This document shows, piece by piece, positions 38,342 to 47,802 of a stretch of 64,000 bases of DNA. The position numbers and the translations under genes were made by a program. The notes below the pieces were generated by a model. It was given only the letters and a program-made list of their open reading frames with translations, made no database searches and was not told where the DNA came from. Position 1 is the stretch's first letter; every line of letters starts with the position of its first letter. The stretch spans positions 5,833 through 69,832 of the forward strand of contig JAFCFT010000001.1 of NCBI GenBank assembly GCA_017608505.1, read 5' to 3'. Origin of the DNA: Candidatus Parvarchaeota archaeon (GTDB taxonomy: Archaea; Nanobdellota; Nanobdellia; WJKC01).

Positions 38342-40747
38342 ATGAAATTTAAAGTAATGGTTAATCATGCAATACTTTTTGCGCTGCTGTTTGTTGTCTT
38401 TAGGCTTTATTTGCTAAAATTCATTTATTTGCTTGTCTTGCCTGGGTTTTGCATATTGTTGCTAACATCAAAATTTGATTTTAAAAAGACACTTTTGCTC
38501 TCTTTTCCAGCTTCTCTTGTATTGTACATTTATCCTTACTTTTTGATAACAAGGTCTTTGCTTCCAATCCCACCGTGGATTTACTTGCTTTTGCCTCTAG
38601 TGCTTGCTCTTGTTGTTTTTAAGAAAGGGTTGTTTGAATTAGAATTTAAAAATGCTATAAATTATAAAGATCTTTTTTATTCTATTTTGCCTGTTGCTAT
38701 TTTGTTAATAGTTTATTATCCATATTTTACAAGAGGGGAAGTTTCGCTTACAGCAGGGACTAACAGCCTTTTATTTCAAAAAATAAATGTTGAAAGGATT
38801 TTAAACGAGTGGAAGGTGCCAATATGGACGCAGGCAGAATATGCAGGCAGCCATTTTTATTATACATATCCCCCTTTGACTTATGTGACAACAGCGCTTC
38901 TTAATGCAATTCCAACAGAGGCTGTTAATTATACAACCAATTTGACTGTGGTCGCGCTTTATTTGTACATGTTGTTTGCTTCATACATGCTTTTTAGATC
39001 ATTAAAATTAGGAAAAAGCGCTTCAGTCCTTGGCATTTCAATAATGATGGGGGTTCCAATTTTAGTTGGCGAGCCAACTTACTCAGGAAATATTACTATG
39101 GCATACATGTTTTCTTTGTATCCTGCAGCACTTTACGGCTTTTTTAACATGTTTAAGGAAAAAAGGATAAAAGACGTGATTTTTTTATCATTTACTGTAG
39201 CGTCTTTTGTGATTGTTTATCACCACATAAGCTACTTTATGTTAATTCCTGCTTTTGTTACAGCAGGCGCATATTTTCTTGTAGGCAAGGAGAAGAAATT
39301 ACTTCTTAAAAATGCAATTGTGTTTTTTTCAGTAATTGCCGTTTTAATTGGCGCTTGGGCGCTAAGACTTATTTTTACAAGCGAGTTTGTAACAACTTCA
39401 GGAGTAGAAGGCTCGTGGAACAAGCCATTAAGCAATTTTACAGAGTTCTTAAGTTTTATTGCAGCAACTGGGAGAGAGACAGACGACTTATACAAGCAAG
39501 TAATTACATTAACTCCTCTTTTCTTTTGGCTTGGATTCGTATCTATGTTTTTGGCGCTAAGAATTGAAAACTCAAAAATAAAAATATTAAATACTGATTT
39601 GCTTCTTCTTGCTTACTTCGCATTCTTGTTTTTTTTGATTATTTGCGAGATATTTCCGTTCCACACAATGATTCCATTAAGGGACAGATTTTATCGCATC
39701 TTTAGATACTGGGAAGTTCTTGTGCCTTTGTTTGCTTTTGGCATTGGAAGGCTTTATGAGAATGCAAGCAACATGTTTGGGTACAAGCCATTGCTGTTTG
39801 GCGCATTTTTGCTGATATTTGCTCCAATGATTGCAATGTCAAAAGATAATGCGTCTAATTGGCTTGTTGAGAACGCAATTGTAACTGACAAGTTTTCAGA
39901 GCTTACGAATTTGTTGAGAAATCTTCCTGATAGGGTTGCTTTATTTGGAGGGTATGGCCCTGCAATGATTCCAGCAATACAGAATTGGAGTGGCAAGGCC
40001 ATGCTTAAGGGCTACAATTTCCAGAGGCATGCTTCTAAACTTGTTTATGAAAATTTGCTTAATCCTTTAAGCGAGGCAAGCATGGATTATATAAAAAATG
40101 ATGTAACGCCTGTAAAAGCATACAACATATTTCAAGTTTCAGGCACAAACACTTTAGTTTACTTTGCATGCGACCAAAAAGGAGCTAATGCTCTAAACTT
40201 AACAGCGTCTTATAATGGGTATGAATTAATTGCGCAAGGCAGATGCCTTGTTGTGTTGTCTTTAAGACCTAAAAGCAGTCTTGTTGAAAAAGTTAAGCTT
40301 GCATGTGTAAATGCCAGTGATGATGTCAAAGCAAAAGTTCTTGATTATGAGTTAGGATACAAAGTCATAATGCCTTATTATGAGTTAAACAAAAGCGAGT
40401 GCGCTTTTGTTGTAGACAAAGACTTTGTGCTAAAAGGGAATTATTCTATCTTTAATTACTTAAGTGAAAGCCTGGATTACAAGTTCTTAAGTGACGAATC
40501 ATTGATAATTAATGCCTCGCCAGGATGGATTTTATTTAAAGGCGCTTATTTTCCAACAATGCACGCGTACCAAGATGGAAAAGAGCTTGTTGTGTTGCCG
40601 ACTTATCATGGAATGACATTGATAAAGTCTTTAAGTGATAAACAAATATTATTGGTGCACAAACCTCATTATTCAGAAATCCTTGGATTGCTTTTATATC
40701 TTGGATTTATTGTTTTGTTATTTGCGATTCATTTACATAATAAATAA
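38342..40747 (+). CDS. Large polytopic membrane protein (801 aa), GT-C-like; function unknown
   Basis: Many TM helices over ~500 aa. HFYYTYPPLTYVTTALL (hPPL-like motif). About 300-aa C-terminal soluble domain and a terminal TM. Confidence 0.5.
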   Translation: MKFKVMVNHAILFALLFVVFRLYLLKFIYLLVLPGFCILLLTSKFDFKKTLLLSFPASLVLYIYPYFLITRSLLPIPPWIYLLLPLVLALVVFKKGLFELEFKNAINYKDLFYSILPVAILLIVYYPYFTRGEVSLTAGTNSLLFQKINVERILNEWKVPIWTQAEYAGSHFYYTYPPLTYVTTALLNAIPTEAVNYTTNLTVVALYLYMLFASYMLFRSLKLGKSASVLGISIMMGVPILVGEPTYSGNITMAYMFSLYPAALYGFFNMFKEKRIKDVIFLSFTVASFVIVYHHISYFMLIPAFVTAGAYFLVGKEKKLLLKNAIVFFSVIAVLIGAWALRLIFTSEFVTTSGVEGSWNKPLSNFTEFLSFIAATGRETDDLYKQVITLTPLFFWLGFVSMFLALRIENSKIKILNTDLLLLAYFAFLFFLIICEIFPFHTMIPLRDRFYRIFRYWEVLVPLFAFGIGRLYENASNMFGYKPLLFGAFLLIFAPMIAMSKDNASNWLVENAIVTDKFSELTNLLRNLPDRVALFGGYGPAMIPAIQNWSGKAMLKGYNFQRHASKLVYENLLNPLSEASMDYIKNDVTPVKAYNIFQVSGTNTLVYFACDQKGANALNLTASYNGYELIAQGRCLVVLSLRPKSSLVEKVKLACVNASDDVKAKVLDYELGYKVIMPYYELNKSECAFVVDKDFVLKGNYSIFNYLSESLDYKFLSDESLIINASPGWILFKGAYFPTMHAYQDGKELVVLPTYHGMTLIKSLSDKQILLVHKPHYSEILGLLLYLGFIVLLFAIHLHNK

Positions 40748-42101
40748 TTGCTCTAGGGTTTGCTGGATTTGGATATGCTTTTATCGGCGCAAAAACTGGC
40801 TGCGACAAATTATACGCATAATCAGGATGATGCTCGTATATGCTTGCCATAACATATTTTATGCTTTTGTTTGCAATCAATTCGTAAAAGGCAGTTTCAT
40901 TCTCAGGAAAATTATATGTATTCTTTCCACTATAATATGTAATTTGCGGCTGGCTTGCAGAAATAATGTTTTCTGCAGGTAGTTGGGACAAGTATTCTCC
41001 TGCAAGTTTCACATCTTCGTATGAGCCTGCAGATAATTGCACTCTTTGATAGCCATTAATTGAATTCTCAAGCACTATGAGTATTGATAAGCTTACTAAG
41101 AATATTGTTAAGTGCTTTTTTGAGAAGACATTGCATATTAAGGCTATTCCAATAACGCTTGTAACACTTAAGAAAGGCAACAAGTGAATTAAAAATCTAA
41201 ATTCTTTTACTTGCGTTATTAATGAATAAAATGATAAGAATACTGTTAAATTAAGAAGCACAAATAAATTATTCTTTTTGTTTGCTTTAAGTACGAGCCC
41301 AAGCAAGCCAAGCCATATTGTCAGCCCCATTATTATGCCGTAATTGAAAAACATTGTTGTTATGTAATACAAAGGACCTCCTTGCTGGGCTCCGCCACTT
41401 GATTCTAAGTTGAATTTTAGGAATTCTAATGCAGAATGTAGTGGGTTTCCATACATAACTAATTCATAGACGCCCAGTATTGAAAATCCTAAAATAAATC
41501 CTAAAAGCCAGAAGTAATTTTTGTATTTAAAGTTCTTTGTTAGAAGCAAGTATGCAAAATATACAAGGATAAGCACCCCGCTTGTGAATCTGATATCAAA
41601 TGCGATTCCTAAAAGCAAGCCAGATAATAAATTCTGTTTGAAATCTTTATTTATGCTTTTTATGAAATAATATGAACTTGTTGCCAGGAAAAATGCTGAT
41701 GGGATGCCCAGCAATATTCTAAAAGAGTAAAAGAAAAAAACCCATTGCGCGCTTGTTATTAGCGCTGCTGCAAGCGCATATCTTTCGCTGTATAATAGCC
41801 TTATTAATTTGTATGTCATGAAGATAAAGCCTAGTGAAAATAAGACGTTAATAATCCTTACCCATAACTCATTAAAACCTATTGGAAAGCTTAAGGCTGC
41901 TAAAAGCAATGGATAAAATATGCTTCTGCCTTCCCACCACCCTGTTGTTGGCGAGCCGGTAAGCAAGTGCTTTGTCATCAATAAATACTGTGTTTCATCC
42001 CACCAAGCAGCTTTGTTTACATTTATTAGGGCAAATCTTGGAATTGCTGCAAAGATAAGTATTAGTCCTATCCAGAAGTATTTGTGGTCTGTTATGCTCA
42101 T
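40707..42101 (-). CDS. GT-C glycosyltransferase, ArnT/PMT_2-like
   Basis: Start set at ATG 42101 (MSITDHKYFW), forming ATGA with the upstream stop. First loop NKAAWWDETQYLLMTKHLL (DE motif) then SIFYPLLLAAL. About 11 TM helices. Confidence 0.6.
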   Translation of the reverse strand: MSITDHKYFWIGLILIFAAIPRFALINVNKAAWWDETQYLLMTKHLLTGSPTTGWWEGRSIFYPLLLAALSFPIGFNELWVRIINVLFSLGFIFMTYKLIRLLYSERYALAAALITSAQWVFFFYSFRILLGIPSAFFLATSSYYFIKSINKDFKQNLLSGLLLGIAFDIRFTSGVLILVYFAYLLLTKNFKYKNYFWLLGFILGFSILGVYELVMYGNPLHSALEFLKFNLESSGGAQQGGPLYYITTMFFNYGIIMGLTIWLGLLGLVLKANKKNNLFVLLNLTVFLSFYSLITQVKEFRFLIHLLPFLSVTSVIGIALICNVFSKKHLTIFLVSLSILIVLENSINGYQRVQLSAGSYEDVKLAGEYLSQLPAENIISASQPQITYYSGKNTYNFPENETAFYELIANKSIKYVMASIYEHHPDYAYNLSQPVFAPIKAYPNPANPRAIIYYVNESQITKQ

Positions 42102-43189
42102 ACAAACACCCTTGATATTACAAATGCAAGCATGCAAAATATGCTTACAATAATTATCATGAATAAAGTTATGTACTTTTCTTTTTTGACAAGCCTCATG
42201 GCAATGTGCGTCCATGAATATGTTTTCTTGTATTTTGGTTTTAATGTTCCGTCTGGCTGCAGTATTCCTAGACTTGATGCTTGGAATTTCATTTTTGCTT
42301 TTAATGCGAATTCAACAAACCATGGGATAAACGCAATTGCTGCAAATTTTTCAATATTGCCTATTATTATGCTTGCAGCAAATGTCGAGCCAATTAGGTA
42401 TGTTAAAGAATCCCCTGGCAAGTATTTTGCAGGGTGCTTATTATAATATAAAAATCCTAATAAAGCGCCGGCCATGATTAGGGCAATTATTGCTCCTTCA
42501 ACATTGCCGTATAATAGTGCATACGCGCCTGTGCTGCCAAGCAAGACTGCTCCGATTCCAGCTTCCAAGCCGTTCATTCCTGCAAGCATGTTTGTTGCGT
42601 TAGAACAGAATATGATTATTAAGGGGACTATTAAGAGCGGATAAAGCAGTCCGAAGTTCACTTCGCCAAGAAATGGAATGCTTACTGTGGATGTGCCTGC
42701 ATTTACAACCATTAATGGAAAAACAGCAAGAGCAGACAAGAGCAATTTCTCCCCTTGCCTAAGCCCTATGCGCGTATCGAGTTCTCCTTTGTGTGTTTTT
42801 TGTTCAGGCAGTATTATGATATCATCAAACAATCCTGTAAGCAAAGTCATGAGCAAAATTGTTGTAACGCCTGCATATATAAGCGTTAGATTTGTGGGAG
42901 CCCCAGAAATAAATGTTGTATATGCTATGTATATTGACACGCCGAGCATGAAGCCGATCACTACAGGGATTCCTCCTGATGTTGCCATTTTTGGCTTGTT
43001 CTTTTTTTGCACATCCATTGCAACTAAGCCTATTAATTCAAATTTCTTTTTGGCAAAATTAGTCATGAATAAAGTGAATATGAGCGCCATGTATGCGCTT
43101 CCAAGTATAGACCCATATTTTCCTATTAGAATGAAAATTACAGCGCAGATAATTCCTGCAATAATAATTAATTTTAATTTGCCACTCAT
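42098..43189 (-). CDS. aglH: UDP-GlcNAc:dolichyl-phosphate GlcNAc-1-phosphate transferase (AglH/Alg7, MraY/WecA superfamily)
   Basis: LLTGLFDDIIILPEQ (DD motif); CSNATNMLAGMNGLEAGIG (N-x-x-N-x-x-AG-x-NGLE as in Alg7/AglH). About 10 TM helices. Confidence 0.8.
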   Translation of the reverse strand: MSGKLKLIIIAGIICAVIFILIGKYGSILGSAYMALIFTLFMTNFAKKKFELIGLVAMDVQKKNKPKMATSGGIPVVIGFMLGVSIYIAYTTFISGAPTNLTLIYAGVTTILLMTLLTGLFDDIIILPEQKTHKGELDTRIGLRQGEKLLLSALAVFPLMVVNAGTSTVSIPFLGEVNFGLLYPLLIVPLIIIFCSNATNMLAGMNGLEAGIGAVLLGSTGAYALLYGNVEGAIIALIMAGALLGFLYYNKHPAKYLPGDSLTYLIGSTFAASIIIGNIEKFAAIAFIPWFVEFALKAKMKFQASSLGILQPDGTLKPKYKKTYSWTHIAMRLVKKEKYITLFMIIIVSIFCMLAFVISRVFV

Positions 43190-43217
43190 TCATTAACTTT
43201 AAAGAAGACATTATTTT

Positions 43218-45869
43218 TTAAGCATTTGGGCTTGCATTGCTTAGTTCGCGGGCGCTTGCAGCTTCAAGTTCTTCATAATTGATTTTGTATATTTTAATAT
43301 CTGTTGGGTCGAATTGACTGACTGTTGCAGTTATGCTTAATGGAGTTGTGTTGTCATCATACACTAGTTCAAAACCAGGCACTGTCAAGTTAAGAATATA
43401 AAGTTTTGTCATAAGTCTTTCACGAAGATTCGAAGGAATATGTATAATTCCTTGCTGCACAAAATTGTAGCATGCTGGAATGCCGTCGCTGCTTACGTCA
43501 GTGCAGCCTATGTTTGTCTCGCACTTGCAGTTATATATCATTATGTGCTGTTCATTAAGTTTTGCATTGTATATTGCTGCAAGCACAGGCCCGAATTCTT
43601 GATTGTCGCTAAACGGGACTAGTATGTTCACTATGTACGTGTCGCTGTCTGCTAATACTTTGTTGTTTGGAAGTATCATGTCTGTGCCTATTTTGCCGTA
43701 TCCTGTGACAGGGGCAAATATAAGCAATGTTGAATAATTTTCAGGCATGTATATGCTGTTTTTTGTTTGTCCCTGATAAGTGTAGACAGAATAATATCCT
43801 GGCCTTCCTCCTATATTTGCCATTTGCACATACTTTAGTACATCATCATCTACTATCAGGAAATAATCAGGTCTTTTCACCCCTTGAGTCGTATTTTTGG
43901 CAAACTGATTAAGCGACCACAAGATTTCTGTTGAATTGTATCCGCTGAATAAATAACCTCCTATTATCTCATCCCATTTGACTATGTAGTTTCCTCCGTC
44001 AACTGTTGTAGTTCTGTTGCCGACTGTCTGCACCCAGTATCCGTAGTCCCACCAGTGCGTGAACACTGCATCGCTTGCAGTATTGTTTTGTACCCAATCC
44101 ATTGCTTTTTGCCAGTCATCTGTAAAGCTAGGATAATACTTGTCTGCGCCTTGAAGTATTGTCATAAATGCCCAGGAGCCAACAAGTATCACTATTAAAT
44201 ACATTGAATATGCATATACTTTGTCTTTTAAAATGCGCTCGATTAGCTCTTTTGATCTTGTTACGCAGTATGCTGAAAGCACTAAAGCGACTGGCGTTAA
44301 TGCAAAAAGAACTCTTATTGCCCCTCTTGCGCCTATAATGCTTAATGAAAACCATGCAATTAAAAGCATGTTTGCAGGGCTTATTGTGTTCCACTTTTTA
44401 GACGCACTACTTTTTATGTAATCAAGCGCAAGAACAATCAAATACAATGGAAGAAAGTAAATATATATTGCACCAAGAAATGCATTGAGCGTGTTGTATT
44501 TTGGGTCAGTGGAATATTTGGAAAACATGAACATTAAAATAAATCCTGCAAATCCAAGGATTTGAGGAATTGCTTTATACTTGAATTTTTCTAAAGTCTT
44601 TTGATAATATAAAATACTTCCTATGACAAATAATGGTATAAACCATGAAAGCCTGTGCCACCAGTCTACGCCTCGCTGGGGGTCAAAAAAGTATGGGGCT
44701 TGATTTTCGCTGACAGAAACGCAAAAAGGGCAGGTGCCAAATGGAAATAATATTGTTTCATAAGCGCTTTTTAGCTGTTCAGTAATGCTAAATATGCCTG
44801 TTATTTCTGCAATGATGAGCAAAGGTATTGACACTATTACTAAAAACACAAGAAAATGCGTTGGCTTTTTTGATTTAAAGAATGCATCATGAAATATTCT
44901 TAATGATATTATTATCATAGCAATAAATGCGCTTACAAATATTTGATGCTCGTATAATTTAAAACCGCCGTAGCGCAGTGTAAGCGTTGCATTCATTAAT
45001 AATGTGGGAATTGCCCACAAGAAAAATGAGAGCGCATATTTTTTGTTTAGTCTGTTTATTAACGTAAGACCTATAAACGTTAATGCAACGCTGTGAAACA
45101 AGAAATTAGCTCCGCCCCATGTTAGCGCATTAAGTCCTCCTAAGACGCCTGAGAGCGCACCCCATGTTAATACGCCTTTTGTATTTTTTGCTTTAAGAGA
45201 TTTTAGCAATGCCCATGTCATTGAAAACCAAAAGACCATTGCCAGAGCTTCTTTGTCGCCAAATCCTGCTATTGTTCTAAATAAATAGCTTGGTGCGAAT
45301 GCCAAAAATAATGATGCAATGAGCGCAGTCTGTTTGTTTGTAAATTCTTTTGCCATAAGGTAATAAAAAATCATTCCAATTGCAAATGCTATCACAGGAT
45401 ATATTATTGCAGCATTAACTACTTTAAAACCAGGAACTAAAGGGCTTATTATGAAATATATTAACGCAATGAAATATGTGTGCGCTTGCTGTTCTTGAAA
45501 TGTCTTAAAGCCAAGCGGGAAATATCTCATTTCGTCAATTTCTGGCAAATAGCCATGCTGCACTAAGTATTTTGCATATCTATAAAATACGTAAGGGTCA
45601 AGCCCTAAAGGCCTGTCTTTGTAATTAGGTATGCTAAGCGTTCTTATCCATGATGATACAAGTATTATAGATATGAGTCCTATGTAAAAAAGCATTTTTT
45701 TATTTTCTTTTAAAAAAGAAACAACAGCTTGAAAATCAATTTCTTCTTCAAAGCCTTGGCTTCGCTCTTCAGACTTTTTTAAAGGCTTTTTTTCGGTTTT
45801 TTTAAACTTTTTCTTGATGCCTTTCCAGATGTTGCTTAAGTCAATTTCGTCAAATTCTTCTTCACTCAT
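43218..45869 (-). CDS. aglB: Dolichyl-(mono/di)phosphooligosaccharide-protein glycosyltransferase AglB (STT3 homolog)
   Basis: LGLDPYVFYRYAKYL (compare STT3 FDPYFNYR), AGFGDKEALAM, FTHWWDYGYWVQ with WWDYG at 44040-44054 (minus strand). 13-TM type N-terminal domain plus a ~280-aa C-terminal globular domain. Confidence 0.85.
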   Translation of the reverse strand: MSEEEFDEIDLSNIWKGIKKKFKKTEKKPLKKSEERSQGFEEEIDFQAVVSFLKENKKMLFYIGLISIILVSSWIRTLSIPNYKDRPLGLDPYVFYRYAKYLVQHGYLPEIDEMRYFPLGFKTFQEQQAHTYFIALIYFIISPLVPGFKVVNAAIIYPVIAFAIGMIFYYLMAKEFTNKQTALIASLFLAFAPSYLFRTIAGFGDKEALAMVFWFSMTWALLKSLKAKNTKGVLTWGALSGVLGGLNALTWGGANFLFHSVALTFIGLTLINRLNKKYALSFFLWAIPTLLMNATLTLRYGGFKLYEHQIFVSAFIAMIIISLRIFHDAFFKSKKPTHFLVFLVIVSIPLLIIAEITGIFSITEQLKSAYETILFPFGTCPFCVSVSENQAPYFFDPQRGVDWWHRLSWFIPLFVIGSILYYQKTLEKFKYKAIPQILGFAGFILMFMFSKYSTDPKYNTLNAFLGAIYIYFLPLYLIVLALDYIKSSASKKWNTISPANMLLIAWFSLSIIGARGAIRVLFALTPVALVLSAYCVTRSKELIERILKDKVYAYSMYLIVILVGSWAFMTILQGADKYYPSFTDDWQKAMDWVQNNTASDAVFTHWWDYGYWVQTVGNRTTTVDGGNYIVKWDEIIGGYLFSGYNSTEILWSLNQFAKNTTQGVKRPDYFLIVDDDVLKYVQMANIGGRPGYYSVYTYQGQTKNSIYMPENYSTLLIFAPVTGYGKIGTDMILPNNKVLADSDTYIVNILVPFSDNQEFGPVLAAIYNAKLNEQHIMIYNCKCETNIGCTDVSSDGIPACYNFVQQGIIHIPSNLRERLMTKLYILNLTVPGFELVYDDNTTPLSITATVSQFDPTDIKIYKINYEELEAASARELSNASPNA

Positions 45870-45870
45870 T

Positions 45871-46680
45871 TTACATGCCCATTGAAATGTATGTTTCTAT
45901 TATTGCTCCGGCAATTATTAATACGCTTGCAAGCAATATTAAATCTAATGAATCAAGCAAGACTTCTTTAAATTTTTTGCCCCTCCTAATTATGCCTGCA
46001 CTTATTATACCCCCCGCAATTCCTGCAAGAAAATATGCAGTTATTTCTAAAATTCCGTGGAGCATGTACCTTCCAAATCCAAGAGGGACCACGCCAAAAT
46101 AAGACCACACATCAGACAAATTAACCTTTATTGCATTTCCAATCGCAGTGCCTAAGACGCTTGCGTTCCATGTTAGTATGAAAAGCGCGCCAGAGCCGTA
46201 TATGAGGCTGAAAAGCAGGCAGAATGCCATGACTTTAAAATTGTTTAAAATTATCATTCTCAATAAAGAAGGGTTTGTTGCCCTTCCTTGAACATTGCTG
46301 CTTATTGCCTTGATTGTTTTTATTTGCTCATTAAAAACAGCGCTTGCAAGGCTGTCTGGAAGCAGCACATACCATGTTACATAAGCAAGCATCATTCCTA
46401 AGAAGAGAAAGAAAAAAATTCCCAGTATGTCTTTGTGTTCTCCCACAAGCCATGCTTTTTCTTTTATTTTTAAGTCTTCTTCAGCTTCTTTTTTAAGCGA
46501 ATTTACAATTAATGGAAGCCCTGCCATTGTTGTTAAAAACACCATTGTAAGACCTGTGTTGCTTGGAAATATCCACAGTCCTAAAAGCAGGCCTACTGAC
46601 GCGTAGATAAAGCCCAAGACTGCCATGAATTGCGGTTTTTTCCCTGCTTTTATAGGATTTATGAGCGATTCAAGAACCAT
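45871..46680 (-). CDS. SpoIIM/DUF95-family integral membrane protein
   Basis: RYMLHGILEITAYFLAGIAGG resembles the SpoIIM PHGxxE...G motif. About 6 TM helices. Overlaps orc1/cdc6 by 11 nt and lies 1 nt from aglB. Confidence 0.55.
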   Translation of the reverse strand: MVLESLINPIKAGKKPQFMAVLGFIYASVGLLLGLWIFPSNTGLTMVFLTTMAGLPLIVNSLKKEAEEDLKIKEKAWLVGEHKDILGIFFFLFLGMMLAYVTWYVLLPDSLASAVFNEQIKTIKAISSNVQGRATNPSLLRMIILNNFKVMAFCLLFSLIYGSGALFILTWNASVLGTAIGNAIKVNLSDVWSYFGVVPLGFGRYMLHGILEITAYFLAGIAGGIISAGIIRRGKKFKEVLLDSLDLILLASVLIIAGAIIETYISMGM

Positions 46681-47719
46681 TTTTCACCCACAACCTTCTG
46701 CTTTTCCCTTGAAAGCCCTCGCCTGTCTGTTCTGCAATTATTATGCCAAGTTTTTCAAGAGATTTTACATATCTTCTAAAGCTTCGCATGCTTAATTTTC
46801 CTCCGTTTTCTAAATAAACTTCATATATTTTTCCTGAGACTGCTCCATTGTTTTCTTTAATTGCATCGTAAACTTTTTTTTCTTCATCACTTAGTTCAAG
46901 CATCACTTTGTCTTTTAATTTGCTCATTGCTTCTTCAACATGTTTTTTAAGAATTTTTTTGCTCGCATCTTTTTCAGCTAAACGCGCTGTTTCTATTAAA
47001 AGCGCCATCCCTTTTCTTACGTCGCTTCCTGCTCCGGACGCAATCATTTTTATCATTTCGCTGTCAATAACTCCTGGACGCAAAGCCATTTTTGCGCGCC
47101 TGCTTAGTATTTCATACATTTCTTTTTCTGTGTAATCCTTGAATTCTAAATTTCTTAAATTAAGTCTTGATGCAAGTCTTGGTTCGATATATTCTTTCCA
47201 TTCAGCATGATTTGTTATTAAAATCAAGCCTGCATTGCTAAGCTCATTAATAAGAAGATATAAAATGTCTGCATCTTTTAGTCTGTCTACTTCATCTAGA
47301 CATATGACTAGCCCTTTTTTTTCTTTTAATTTTGCAAGTGCGCTTTTTACAATTTCTTCTGTAGGCACGCCCTTTGGTGGGTACAGAAGACCTGCTATAC
47401 GCGCAAGTTCAAGCGCTATTGTATGTGTTGTCTGATTATTCCAACAATTAATATATATCGGGATTATATCCCCTCCAGTTTTTCTTAGTTCGTTAAATAC
47501 AAAATTAACGCTTGCAGTTTTTCCAACTCCTGGATTTCCAAATATAAACAAATTTCCTGCCTTGCGTTCGCTAAACAGTGGTTTTATTGATTCTGCTATT
47601 TCGGTTATTTCAGCATCTCTTTCAGGCATTTCTTCTGGCACATAATCATAATCCAAAAGAGACTCGTCAGCAAACAATGTCTCGTCATGCATAAGTATGT
47701 CAGAGAACAGATCCCTCAT
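46670..47719 (-). CDS. cdc6: Orc1/Cdc6 replication initiator (AAA+ with C-terminal winged helix)
   Basis: LDYDYVPEEMPERDAEI, Walker A FGNPGVGKTAS, Walker B VICLDEVDRL, sensor region ITNH, and a C-terminal wH (SMRSFRRYVKSLEKLGII). Confidence 0.9.
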   Translation of the reverse strand: MRDLFSDILMHDETLFADESLLDYDYVPEEMPERDAEITEIAESIKPLFSERKAGNLFIFGNPGVGKTASVNFVFNELRKTGGDIIPIYINCWNNQTTHTIALELARIAGLLYPPKGVPTEEIVKSALAKLKEKKGLVICLDEVDRLKDADILYLLINELSNAGLILITNHAEWKEYIEPRLASRLNLRNLEFKDYTEKEMYEILSRRAKMALRPGVIDSEMIKMIASGAGSDVRKGMALLIETARLAEKDASKKILKKHVEEAMSKLKDKVMLELSDEEKKVYDAIKENNGAVSGKIYEVYLENGGKLSMRSFRRYVKSLEKLGIIIAEQTGEGFQGKSRRLWVKNGS

Positions 47720-47802
47720 GTTTTTACCGGACGCGCTAGTGCTTATTAAAGTTTCCTGTATTTCGTAAAATTATTATCTTACTTTGTCTCTTTAATTCAT
47801 TA

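Noticed and set aside
40635-40982. Plus-strand 115-aa ORF spanning the convergent junction of two GT-C genes
   Set aside because: It overlaps both confident genes. Its Cys/Ile/Arg-rich low-complexity product has no motif. It is spurious.
42678-43196. Long antisense ORFs inside confident genes (e.g. 42678-43196, 25776-26249, 28194-28673, 52953-53393, 1503-1880, 57939-58313, 35783-36199)
   Set aside because: Each lies wholly within and opposite to a gene with strong family motifs. Their products are low-complexity, Ser/Pro/Leu/Phe-rich and lack motifs, as expected for shadow ORFs.
47720-47802. Possible replication origin in the orc1/cdc6 - fen1 divergent intergenic region
   Set aside because: It is only 83 nt long. 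I could find no repeated ORB-like elements, inverted repeats or extended AT-rich unwinding stretch. It most likely holds only the two divergent promoters.
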